Origin: a bacterium
GTDB taxonomy: Bacteria > UBA8248
DNA length: 64,000 nt
Direction of reading: 5' to 3'
Assembly (NCBI GenBank): GCA_965219955.1
Contig: OZ244799.1
Coordinates: forward strand, 1,312,001-1,376,000
Position numbers and translations under genes: made by a program. Positions 9,275-18,275 of this stretch are shown here, piece after piece. The notes below the pieces were generated by a model that saw only the letters and a list, made by a program, of their open reading frames with translations, was not told the DNA's origin and did no database searches. Each line of letters opens with the position of its first letter. The first letter of the stretch is position 1.

Positions 9275-9442
9275 AACCGAAATGCTGTCCGTTTGTCGTG
9301 TCATGGGCGGAGTTGATGTCGCTGCACGGCGGGCTTGTTGAATAACCGGCACATGACCCCTACGAAAATCGTTCTCTACCGAGGAGAATTCCAATTCTTC
9401 TTTGCCTTGAAGGGTTGTCACCTCCTGCAGAAGTAAAAGGAA

Positions 9443-9799
9443 TCACTCCCCCCTTGAGGGGGAGTCGAAGAGCTAAGGGCGTAAGCCCGCAAGCGATTCG
9501 GTGGGGGGTATAAGTCGGAATGGCGATAAAACGCATTTTACCCCCCACCGCATCAGCCTTCGCAAAAAACGCTCGACTTCTGCGACTCCCCCTCAAGAGT
9601 CTGTTGAATAAGCCCCCTGACAAGGGGGATTGGGAGTTTGGGAGGGAGACGTGTTTTCCCGTAGGGGCGGGCCTCCGTGCCCGCCCGTTGTTGGTATACG
9701 ATCCGGAGACGCAGGACAGGCACGGAAGCCTGTCCCTACGGTGAACAATCTCGAAGGTCGGATAGGGCTTTTTCAACAGCCCCCTCAAGGGGGGAGTGA
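9443..9799. repeat. CACTCCCCCCTTGAGGGGGAG-family doublet, interrupted by a MITE
   Basis: Near reverse complement of 14064-14227 once 9597-9788 is removed; TIR-like GGGCTTGTTGAATAACC at 9330. Confidence 0.85.
9597..9783. mobile_element. MITE with TIRs and a 4-5 bp target-site duplication
   Basis: GAGTCTGTTGAATAAGCC ... GGCTTTTTCAACAGCCCC flanked by CTCAA at 9592-9596 and 9784-9788; carries a GTAG doublet at 9660-9740. Confidence 0.85.
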
Positions 9800-9843
9800 A
9801 TTTACTCTCTCCTCGGTCGGGCTCGACCCGTGCGAAACCTCCC

Positions 9844-10041
9844 CCTCATCCTGAGTAGGCGCGCAAGCGCCGTCTCGAAGGATGAGAAGCGCAAACACTC
9901 CTCTCTCAATCGCCTTTCACCCCCGCCATGCGCGAACCTCGTCCCCTTCGATACGCCGCCTTCGGCGGCTACTCAGGATGAGGAAAGTGGGGAGCGGAGC
10001 CTGTCCCGAGCGAAGTCGAGGGGCCGCTACTCAGGGTGAGG
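9844..10041. repeat. TCATCCTGAG-type palindromic repeat
   Basis: Same modules as 3699-3870, including CCTGTCCCGAGCGAAGTCGAGGGG. Confidence 0.8.
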
Positions 10042-10056
10042 CGGTGCGGTTCTGCT

Positions 10057-10220
10057 CGTCATTCCGGTGTCGGAGCCGACTGCGAAGGAAGGGTTCGACG
10101 GAATCCATCTTGCCTTTGTTTTTTATTTTCTGATTGCTTCTCGCCAATGAAAAGGAAATGAAAAGCCGGCGTATTGTCATTCTGCTTTACAATGGATTCC
10201 GGCTTTCGCCGGAATGACGG
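10057..10220. repeat. CGTC-family doublet, subtype B
   Basis: Arms CGTCATTCCG..GGAATCCA / TGGATTCCGGCTTTCGCCGGAATGACGG; spacer resembles the reverse complement of 16681-16825. Confidence 0.8.
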
Positions 10221-10508
10221 TTAGTAATCTCAACGGTCGGCCAACACACCTCAAGGGGGAGTGAATTTCCTCTCTCTTCGGTCTGCAACAAATCGAGTTA
10301 CAATTCAACCCTAATCCTGCAGGGGTGCCAGTCTCAAACCACTTGCCCATTCGCCTTTCCCTCAACAATCAGAATCTCTCCCCTTGAATTGTCAATGTAA
10401 TCGATATCAGGCTGCTTGACTTTAATGCGGTTTCCTCAATATGTTCCGACCGACCCAGGAATTAAATTTCCTTTCATTTTTTCACACCTTTACACGAGGT
10501 AAGGTCTA

Positions 10509-11003
10509 ATGCGTATTTTGATCACTGCTTTCTTCCTACTATTCGCGTCCGGCTGTGCGACTTTGGTTTCCGGCACCTCCCAATCCATTCTGGTTGATGT
10601 CATCAATGCACAAGGAGCTACATGCACGGGTATCGACAAGCGGGGAAGGAGATATTACTGGCCCAACACCCCAAGCGCGGCGACAGTTCACAAGGGAGAT
10701 GGGCCGATGGTTTTAACGTGCGAGAAAAAAGGTTTCAAAAAAACAACCCACTCCTTCGATGAAACTTTAGTCTCTGCCACCCTCGGAAACATTATTCTCG
10801 GCGGAGGTATCGGGATTTTGGTTGATGCCGCAAGCGGTGCGGCACAAGAATATCCAACCAAAGTAAGCGTCCTGATGGAGCCTGAGGATTCGGCCCCCGA
10901 TGCTCTCCAGAAAAAATATCAGGAGTTGAAGAAAGAATTGGCAGAAAAGATGAAAAGAGAAAAAGAAGCCGAGAAGAAAGAAATTTCAGAGTCAGCCAAA
11001 TAG
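10509..11003 (+). CDS. Hypothetical lipoprotein
   Basis: GAGGT upstream; lipobox FASGC; GNIILGGGIGILVDAASGA glycine-zipper-like segment; charged C-terminal tail; candidate TTGACT-18-TATGTT promoter at 10416-10445. Confidence 0.75.
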   Translation: MRILITAFFLLFASGCATLVSGTSQSILVDVINAQGATCTGIDKRGRRYYWPNTPSAATVHKGDGPMVLTCEKKGFKKTTHSFDETLVSATLGNIILGGGIGILVDAASGAAQEYPTKVSVLMEPEDSAPDALQKKYQELKKELAEKMKREKEAEKKEISESAK

Positions 11004-11047
11004 GGACCGGGTATCCTGATTCATGACAAGAAGATATTGTTGATATC

Positions 11048-11329
11048 TCAAGTCCACCAGTCCACCGCGTAGGAGCCGGCGAAGAGGAGACCGCCGAGGC
11101 CGAGCAAACCGACGGCCGGTTTCGTTGCGCCGATGGAGAGTGCGCCCAGGCCGCCGCAGAGCATCAGCGCGCCCGTGCCCCACATGACTTTTACAACGAT
11201 CGCCTTGGCGTCGATGACGTTCAGGGGCCGCTCGTCTGCGGGCTTTTCCACCAGCGCTTCGTCGCACTCGGGACAGGGATCGGCGCCGGAAGTTTCGGCC
11301 CCGCACTCAGGGCATTTGCTTTCGGTCAT
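11048..11329 (-). CDS. Small zinc-ribbon membrane protein
   Basis: MTESKCPECG..CPEC plus two hydrophobic segments; AAGGA RBS. Confidence 0.65.
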   Translation of the reverse strand: MTESKCPECGAETSGADPCPECDEALVEKPADERPLNVIDAKAIVVKVMWGTGALMLCGGLGALSIGATKPAVGLLGLGGLLFAGSYAVDWWT

Positions 11330-11511
11330 GTTCGTTCCTTCGCAAGGTAACGGTGAGCGGAAAAACGATTTTCTCACATCGCGGGAGAAGGGGAAACGCG
11401 GCGGATATCTTTCGCCGAACGAAGCCCGCGCTTTCCGCCCGCGCGCATCGTGTGGGATGATTGGCCGGAATTCATCCGCAACGCCCCGGAAATGAATGAG
11501 GAGAAACTCTC

Positions 11512-12429
11512 GTGCAACATGAAATCGACCCCGAGCGCGTCGTCGTCACGGAGCCCGTGGCGGGTTCGGAATACCCGGTCCACCTGACCTACGTCGAACT
11601 GCTCGACGGCGTATATGCGCCGATAGGGATCAGGATGCCCGACGGCTCGGGGCCGCACCCCACCGTGCTGCTCGGGCGGGGGAACGGGGGCGGCGGCATG
11701 GCCTGGGTGCGCGAGGCGACCCGCAACATGGGCTACATCCAGGAGCGTCTCCTCGAGGCGGGCTACGCCTGCGCCTGGCTGAGATACCGCGCCGAGGTGG
11801 AACTCGGCTACAACAACGGCGGCCGCCTCGTCGAGGACATCCGGCAGGGCCGCCAACTCCTGAACCGCTCACCACTCGAATACGAGGACGAGATCGCGAT
11901 CATCGAATACGTGAAGACGCTGCCCGAGGTGGATGCGGACCGGGTCGGCCTGATGGGCGTGAGCCACGCGGGCGAGATGATCTTGAAGATAACATCGGAA
12001 TACGGCGGCGCGCGCGCCTGCGTGGCCTGCGAGCCCGCCTCCCATGAATTCCTCGATCTCTCACCCGACGATACCGCCTTCGTGAACGAGGAGACCCGGC
12101 TCAGAAACATCGAGGGCATGATGATGGAAGAGGTCGAAAAAGTCCGGGCGCGCATCAACGAAGAATTGGCGCTCACGAGGATGAAGAGCATTCAAACGCC
12201 GATCCTCATCATGGGAAGGGAAGGGGACCACCTGCAGGGCATCTTCCGCGCCACGTATGACCTCATGGTCGAGGCCGGGAGGGACGTAGAGTGGGTCTCC
12301 TACGATCATCCGGTGCACGGCTATATCTTTCCCGAGCGGGGAGGGGACGGAGAATACGCCGTCGACGAGACGCAAACAGCGGCGATAGGGATGTGCATCG
12401 CCTATTTGGACAAACACATGAAGAACTGA
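11512..12429 (+). CDS. Alpha/beta hydrolase (S9/dienelactone hydrolase-like)
   Basis: VDADRVGLMGVSHAG elbow, ILIMGREGD, HGY; GAGGAG RBS. Confidence 0.75.
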   Translation: MQHEIDPERVVVTEPVAGSEYPVHLTYVELLDGVYAPIGIRMPDGSGPHPTVLLGRGNGGGGMAWVREATRNMGYIQERLLEAGYACAWLRYRAEVELGYNNGGRLVEDIRQGRQLLNRSPLEYEDEIAIIEYVKTLPEVDADRVGLMGVSHAGEMILKITSEYGGARACVACEPASHEFLDLSPDDTAFVNEETRLRNIEGMMMEEVEKVRARINEELALTRMKSIQTPILIMGREGDHLQGIFRATYDLMVEAGRDVEWVSYDHPVHGYIFPERGGDGEYAVDETQTAAIGMCIAYLDKHMKN

Positions 12430-12504
12430 GCTATACTGTGCTCTTGAGGCGCCTGAGCCCGAGGCGTCAACGGCCCCCCGCCGCAACGAGGGGATCTTAA
12501 GTTC

Positions 12505-13965
12505 ATGAAATCCCAGACGAGAATTTTCTCCTGCCTTGTGGATGATTTCCTGAAACCCGATTCGCTCATTTTCCCGGCATCGGAGAGTCTCCGGAACGTC
12601 ATCTCCCGGATGGCGGAGAAGAATGCGACCTGCGTTCTCGTGACGGATGAGGAGAACACCCTCACAGGCATTTTTACGGAAAAAGACGTGACGCGCCGCG
12701 TCGCCCTGCGGTGCGGCGGTTCGGAGACGATAGAGCAGCTGATGACGCCCCGCGTATACTCCGCGAAGCAGGGGGATTACCTCTATCACACCATCGCGCG
12801 CATGCGCCGCCTCGGCCACCGCCACATGCCGGTGGTGGATGAGGGGAACCGCCCCCTGGGTCTGCTCGACCTGGAGGACGCCATGGCCGTGGCGGCCGCG
12901 CATGTGGTGGATCACATCGACGCGCTCACGCAGGTACCGGAACTCTACGGCTTGCAGGAGGTGAAGGCCGTACAGGCGGTCGTGGCGCAGGAGCTTCTCG
13001 AAGACAACCTCCCCGCGCCGGAGATTCAGGCGCTGCTCACGCACGTGAACAACGACATCTACAGCCGCGTGGCCGAAAAAGTCACGGCGACCATCGAGAA
13101 GGCGGGCGGCGGCGCGCCGCCCGTTCGGTACGCCGTGATCGTCATGGGCTCGAGCGGCCGGGGGGAGAATTTCATCAACCCGGATCAGGACAACGGCATC
13201 ATCCTGGAAGACTATCCCGTGGAGCGGCACAACGAGGTCAACGACTACTTCATGCAGTTCTCGGAGCTGCTGATCTGGAATCTCGAAGCCATCGGCTTTC
13301 CTCTGTGCGACGGCAACGTGATGGCCACGAACCCGCTTTGGCGCAAATCGATCTCCGAGTGGAAACACCAGACCCTGCGCTGGTTCCAGAAGAGGAGCAC
13401 GTTCCAGGTCCAGTTGAGCGACGTCTTCTTCGACTTCGACACCGCCTGCGGGGATTTGAGCCTGGGGCGGGAATTGCGCAGCCACATCACGACGTTCGTG
13501 CAGAAAGAACCCGCCGTGCTCCAGGCGATGTTCCAGACGGAGGCCGACAGGCACGTCGCCCTCGGCCTGTTCGGCATGCTGCGAACGGAAAGAGTGGGAG
13601 AGGGCATGCCGCAGGCGGTCAACCTGAAGCACGGGGGCATCCTCCCCCTCGTCGGGGCCGTCCGTCTGCTCGCGCTGAAAGAGGGCATGGAGGCGACCTC
13701 CACCTACGAGCGCATCCGTCTGCTGCACGAGGCGGGGGTTTTCAGCGACGATGAGTTCGATGATTACAACGCAGCACTGGAGCATCTGACCTATCTGCTG
13801 CTGCGCCAGCAACTCAGGGATTTCGGGCGCATCAAGAAAGCGACGCGCTACGTGAGGAAGTCGGCCATCTCGCGAAGGGAGAAACAGGTCCTCAAGATGT
13901 CGCTCAAGGCGGTCCGCTCGCTCAAGGAGCGAGTGCGAACGGATTTCACCGGCGAGATTCTCTAA
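12505..13965 (+). CDS. CBS-pair + DUF294 putative nucleotidyltransferase
   Basis: GIFTEKD and RHMPVVD (CBS); GSSGRGE..DQDNG, CDGNVMATNPLW, FFDF, NLKHGG. Confidence 0.88.
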   Translation: MKSQTRIFSCLVDDFLKPDSLIFPASESLRNVISRMAEKNATCVLVTDEENTLTGIFTEKDVTRRVALRCGGSETIEQLMTPRVYSAKQGDYLYHTIARMRRLGHRHMPVVDEGNRPLGLLDLEDAMAVAAAHVVDHIDALTQVPELYGLQEVKAVQAVVAQELLEDNLPAPEIQALLTHVNNDIYSRVAEKVTATIEKAGGGAPPVRYAVIVMGSSGRGENFINPDQDNGIILEDYPVERHNEVNDYFMQFSELLIWNLEAIGFPLCDGNVMATNPLWRKSISEWKHQTLRWFQKRSTFQVQLSDVFFDFDTACGDLSLGRELRSHITTFVQKEPAVLQAMFQTEADRHVALGLFGMLRTERVGEGMPQAVNLKHGGILPLVGAVRLLALKEGMEATSTYERIRLLHEAGVFSDDEFDDYNAALEHLTYLLLRQQLRDFGRIKKATRYVRKSAISRREKQVLKMSLKAVRSLKERVRTDFTGEIL

Positions 13966-14030
13966 AAATTACGATACGGGGTGGGTGAAAAGGCCTCCCT
14001 CCTCAGGGGATAAAGGCACCCCCCCTTGTC

Positions 14031-14283
14031 AGGGCTGTTGGAAAAAGCCCGAGGAGAGAGAAATCACTCCCCCCTTGAGGGGGAGTCGATGAAGCCGAGC
14101 GGTTTGTGCGAAGGCTGAATCGGTGGGGGGAGAATCGCGTTTACCGCCATTCCGGATTATACCCCCCACCGAATCGCTTGCGGGCTTACGCCCTTAGCTC
14201 TTCGACTCCCCCTCAAGGGGGGAGTGAAATTCAAAAACTTGCGCTCAACCAAAATCGCTCCACGGGGCCCCTTCGACACCCTC
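14031..14283. mobile_element. MITE-like element carrying a CACTCCCCC doublet (14064-14227)
   Basis: AGGGCTGTTGGAAAAAGCCC left end; degenerate right end GGGGCCCCTTCGACACCCTC. Confidence 0.65.
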
Positions 14284-14893
14284 ACGCGGTCGACTTGAAT
14301 CTGTCGAACACCCGCCCGAAGCGCCAGGCGTAGAACTCCACGCTCTCATACAGGCCCGCGCGGCTGTAGGGCTCCTCCGCCCAGAACGCACGCGCCGCCT
14401 CGATGCCGGGAAAATCGAGCAGCAGCACGCTTCCGTTTCTGGTCTCGCCGTCATCGGTGACCAGGGGGCCGCGCACCATCACCGAATCGCCGTGCTCGGT
14501 CAGGTAGGCCACGTGCTCTTCATGCAGGGTCTTGCGGATTTCGCTGCCCGCCTTGTCCAGCGCATGGACGTAGAACTGGAGGTTCCCCTCCCGCCGCGGG
14601 CAGTCGCGCCAGGAGTGGGGCACGGTTGCGCGCCAGCGGTGAACCGAGGGCCGCTCCTGAATCCCCTCGATGATGAAGGGCTCGTTCGCCACGTGTTCTT
14701 CGGCGGCGGCGCGGTCGGGCAGGTCCAGGATGCGGAAGCTGCCCAGTTCGAGCTCCCCGTCGTCGGTCAGGAACGGACCGGCGAAGCGGGTGGCGTCGTC
14801 GAAGCTCTTGAGGTAATCGAGGTGCGCCTTGCGGTGAACGTCCCTCAATTCGGCCGCTTCGGGCCTGTCGTAAATCTTGATGACGAATTCCAT
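14282..14893 (-). CDS. Tandem-domain YciI family protein
   Basis: Two repeats of R..H..H..YL..GP..TDDGE..GS..LD..EP[FY]. Confidence 0.85.
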   Translation of the reverse strand: MEFVIKIYDRPEAAELRDVHRKAHLDYLKSFDDATRFAGPFLTDDGELELGSFRILDLPDRAAAEEHVANEPFIIEGIQERPSVHRWRATVPHSWRDCPRREGNLQFYVHALDKAGSEIRKTLHEEHVAYLTEHGDSVMVRGPLVTDDGETRNGSVLLLDFPGIEAARAFWAEEPYSRAGLYESVEFYAWRFGRVFDRFKSTA

Positions 14894-14933
14894 GAATGAT
14901 TTCCTTTTTCTTGGGAGTGAAAATGAATTTCTT

Positions 14934-15234
14934 GAGGGTTCTTGGAAAGCCCTGTGAAGCAATTTTGGTTGAGCGCGCGCTTTTGAATTTCACTCCCCCC
15001 TTGAGGGTCGGGCTTCCCGAGGGGAAAGCCCGACGAGGAAGCCGAACCGACAGGTGAAGGCTGACTCGGTGGGGGGGTGAATCCTAATTTGTGGCACAAT
15101 TCGAATTATACCCCCCACCAACTCACTTGCGGGCTACGCCCTTAGCTCATTGACTCCCCCTCAAGGGGGGAGTGATTCTTCCTCTTCCATCAGTCGCGTC
15201 GAATCCTCATTCATAAGGCCTTTTCAACAACCCC
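14934..15234. mobile_element. MITE-like element carrying a CACTCCCCC doublet (14990-15175)
   Basis: GAGGGTTCTTGGAAAGCCC ... GGCCTTTTCAACAACCCC. Confidence 0.65.
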
Positions 15235-15396
15235 TAAAGAAAAGAATTGCTTGCCGTCCAAGACGCCCGGATTCTATGCGCGGATGCGTCAGGCCGCAAC
15301 GGAGGCAGCGGGTGGCGCGATCCCGCAGCCATCGTTACATTAAGCGCATCCAGGAGTGAGGCAAAAGTTTTACGTTTTCAGAGAAAGGAGAAAGGC

Positions 15397-15840
15397 ATGA
15401 GTCGTCAGGAAGGAGACAACGCCCACGCCGTGAAGGCGGGAGCGGGGCGCTACGTCTATGACCTCGCCGGTATGGAGCAACTGCCCATCGGCGGGCACTA
15501 CTCATCCGGCCACGGCGGCATCGTGGAGGGCGAGCGCGTGCAGGTGGCCCTCGTTCGGAAAAAGCCGGGCACCGGGTCGAGGCTTCACACCCATCCGAAC
15601 GAGCAGTTCAACTTCGTCATCAAGGGCGAACTGCAGGTCAGGGTGGGCGACGTGGAGGGCCTGGCCGGCCCCGGAACCCTGATCCACATCCCGGCGAACG
15701 TCGAGCACTACACCTACGCCACGGCGAAGGGGGACGCGGAATACTACGCCGTCAAGGACACCTCGCACGCCATGTACGGGGAGCCCGCGGACGGTGAGAA
15801 CTCGGGTCCTCATTTCGAAGCGGGCCACGGGCCAATCTAG
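15397..15840 (+). CDS. Cupin-domain protein
   Basis: LHTHPNEQFNFVIKG and IHIPANVEH; AGGAG RBS before ATG 15397. Confidence 0.85.
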   Translation: MSRQEGDNAHAVKAGAGRYVYDLAGMEQLPIGGHYSSGHGGIVEGERVQVALVRKKPGTGSRLHTHPNEQFNFVIKGELQVRVGDVEGLAGPGTLIHIPANVEHYTYATAKGDAEYYAVKDTSHAMYGEPADGENSGPHFEAGHGPI

Positions 15841-15881
15841 CGATAATCAGATCGTTATTTTTACGGATCAGGAGTTGCGCG

Positions 15882-16346
15882 ATGAGCGAAGCAGCGGAAA
15901 ACGAAAAGCAATATGCGAACATCCACGAGGAAACCCATGAGAAGGTGGTGAAGGCGACGCCGGGAAACTGCCTGTTCAACATGCAAGAGATGGACCAGTT
16001 CATGATCGGCCCGCATTATTCCTCCTCCATCGGCAGCGCCGTGCGGGGAGAGAAGCTCCAGGTGGTGCTGGTCAACAAGCCCAGGGGCACCGGGTCGAGG
16101 CTCCACACCCACGCGAACGAGCAGTTCAACTATGTGATCAAAGGCAAGCTGAAATACCGGGTGCGCGACGTGGAGGGGGTCGCCGAAGCAGGGCAGGTGA
16201 TCCACATTCCCGCCGGCGCGGAGCACTATTGCGTCACCACGGGTGAGGAGGATTGCCTGTACTTCGCATCGAAGGACACGACCTACTTCGTGGCCGGCGA
16301 TGCGGTGGACGGCACCAGAAGCGGGGCGTATTACGAGGAAGATTGA
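15882..16346 (+). CDS. Cupin-domain protein (paralogue of upstream gene)
   Basis: LHTHANEQFNYVIKG and IHIPAGAEH; AGGAG RBS. Confidence 0.85.
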   Translation: MSEAAENEKQYANIHEETHEKVVKATPGNCLFNMQEMDQFMIGPHYSSSIGSAVRGEKLQVVLVNKPRGTGSRLHTHANEQFNYVIKGKLKYRVRDVEGVAEAGQVIHIPAGAEHYCVTTGEEDCLYFASKDTTYFVAGDAVDGTRSGAYYEED

Positions 16347-16368
16347 AGAGCGGCCTTCCGCAACTGAT

Positions 16369-16950
16369 GGGGTTGTTGGAAAAGCCCTTGAAAGGGAAAT
16401 CCCATAAAGCAACCCCCCTACCCCCCCTTCTCAGGGGTCAAAACCGACCGAAGAGGGAGGTTTTGCAAGACGATGTGTTTCTCGTCAATGGCTTATGCAA
16501 ACGCTCGTTCATCACTCGCGTTTGACCCCTGACAAGGGGGGTAGGGGGGTTGCCTTTCAAGGCGAGGCTGCGAACGGAGTCCGTAGGGACAGGCCTCCGT
16601 GCCTGTCCGGCACCTCGACCAAGGACAACCACGGAGGGTTGTCCCTACAGGTCCCCCGCCGTCGCGCCCGACCTGAAACGCCGTCATTCCGGCGAAAGCC
16701 GGAATCCATTTTCAAGCAGAATGACTATACTCCGGCTTTCCATCTCCTCGTCATTTGCGGGAACCAATCAAAAAAGGAAAAACAAAGGCAAAAACAAATG
16801 GATTCCGGCTTCCGCCGGAATGACGAACAAAACCGCACTCGTTGTAGGGGCGGTTCGCGAACCGCCCCTACGGTCGGTAGCACTTCCATGAAGATGGCCC
16901 TGACTGGCTACATACGCCAAATCACGAATTCAGGCGTTTTCCAACAGTCT
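16369..16950. mobile_element. TIR-bounded mosaic element with four palindromic modules
   Basis: GGGGTTGTTGGAAAAGCC ... GGCGTTTTCCAACAGTCT; cargo 16409-16553, 16582-16648, 16681-16825, 16844-16871. Confidence 0.75.
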
Positions 16951-16966
16951 TTCGGGCGAAGCGTCC

Positions 16967-18157
16967 TCACCCGTCGCACCGGAACGCCTTCATGGGGAAG
17001 GTGTGCAGGGAGCGGAACCCTTCGCTGGTGACGATACCCATGTCGCCCATCTGCACGCCGCGGCCTTCGGCGTCCATGGGGTTCGGCTGGATCACCATCA
17101 CCATGTTCTCGCGGTACTTGAAATCGGCGGGCGGCGCGAGATAGTTCGAACCCCGAATGCCGATGGAGGGCTGGAGCAGGTCCGTGCCGAAGCCATGCGC
17201 GAGCGAGTCGTAGATCTGAAAGCCCCGCTCGGGCAACGGGTCGGTGGCCTCGAAGACGGCCTGGGCGGAATTGCCCGCCTTCATCGTTCTGCCCACGCCC
17301 TCGTAGACCTCGACGGCGGCGTCGAGCAGCGCCTGGTACGGCGGCGTGGGGTCCGCCCCGATGGTGAAGGTGCGCAGGCTCTGGCCCGCATAGCCGTAAT
17401 ACGCAGCGCTGATCTCCATGATGAGCACGTCGCCCGCCTCGAGCTTTCTCCGCGTGGGGTTCTGCCAGGGGACGGGCGTGCGGGGGTTCGCCATCGGAGT
17501 GGCCGTCACGAACTGCACCATCTGCTCGCCGCCCTGCTCCCTGAATGCGGCGGCCATCCGGCCCGACAGCTCGATCTCGGGAATACCCGGCTTCGCGTGA
17601 ACTCGGGCCGCTTCCATGGCGAGGTCCGTGAGCCGCGCCGCCTCGGTCAGCCACTCGATTTCCTCGTCGCTCTTTATCAGCCTGAGGTCCCTGAATCTGG
17701 CGCTCACGTCCACCCACTCCGCCTCCGGGAAGCGATTCGAAAGATAGTCCATGTGCTCGAAGGGCAGCAGAATCCTGAAGCGGGGGTTGATGCCCACCAG
17801 GCCGACCCGCGCGTTCCCCAGCCCCAGGGCGTCGAGCTGATCCGCCATGCGTTCGGGGTTGCCGTACGCCCCGTGGCGCACGTCCTCGAAGATGCACTGC
17901 ATCTGCGCGTTGTGCAGGTGGTTGTAGAGACCCGTGAAGAGGGAAGGGGGGCCATCTTTCGGGAATATCAGGTAGCAGTGGTTGAAATCCCGGTAGCACG
18001 AAAGCCAGTAGATGTTCGCCTGGGCGTTTCGGTTCGTGCCGCCCATACCGAAAAACAAAAAAGCGTCCAGCCCTTCTTCTTCCATCAAATCTTTGGCCAT
18101 TCCATGACGCCTGCTCATTTCTGATTCCGAGAAACGCGGATACCATTCTTCAGACAT
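16967..18157 (-). CDS. M24 (pita-bread fold) creatinase/Xaa-Pro peptidase-like protein
   Basis: RLIKSDEEI, KPGIPEIEL, RKLEAGD, HGFG, VIQPN; AGGAGG RBS before ATG 18157. Confidence 0.85.
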   Translation of the reverse strand: MSEEWYPRFSESEMSRRHGMAKDLMEEEGLDAFLFFGMGGTNRNAQANIYWLSCYRDFNHCYLIFPKDGPPSLFTGLYNHLHNAQMQCIFEDVRHGAYGNPERMADQLDALGLGNARVGLVGINPRFRILLPFEHMDYLSNRFPEAEWVDVSARFRDLRLIKSDEEIEWLTEAARLTDLAMEAARVHAKPGIPEIELSGRMAAAFREQGGEQMVQFVTATPMANPRTPVPWQNPTRRKLEAGDVLIMEISAAYYGYAGQSLRTFTIGADPTPPYQALLDAAVEVYEGVGRTMKAGNSAQAVFEATDPLPERGFQIYDSLAHGFGTDLLQPSIGIRGSNYLAPPADFKYRENMVMVIQPNPMDAEGRGVQMGDMGIVTSEGFRSLHTFPMKAFRCDG

Positions 18158-18275
18158 ATCGCCTCCTTGCGCGATGACTCTTCGTGGGGGAGAATAATGC
18201 AGCCAACGGAAATTCATAGTTTGCGCGGCGCATTATAGCGGGCGCATCGAGAATATACGACCGGGGAGGAAGCGT

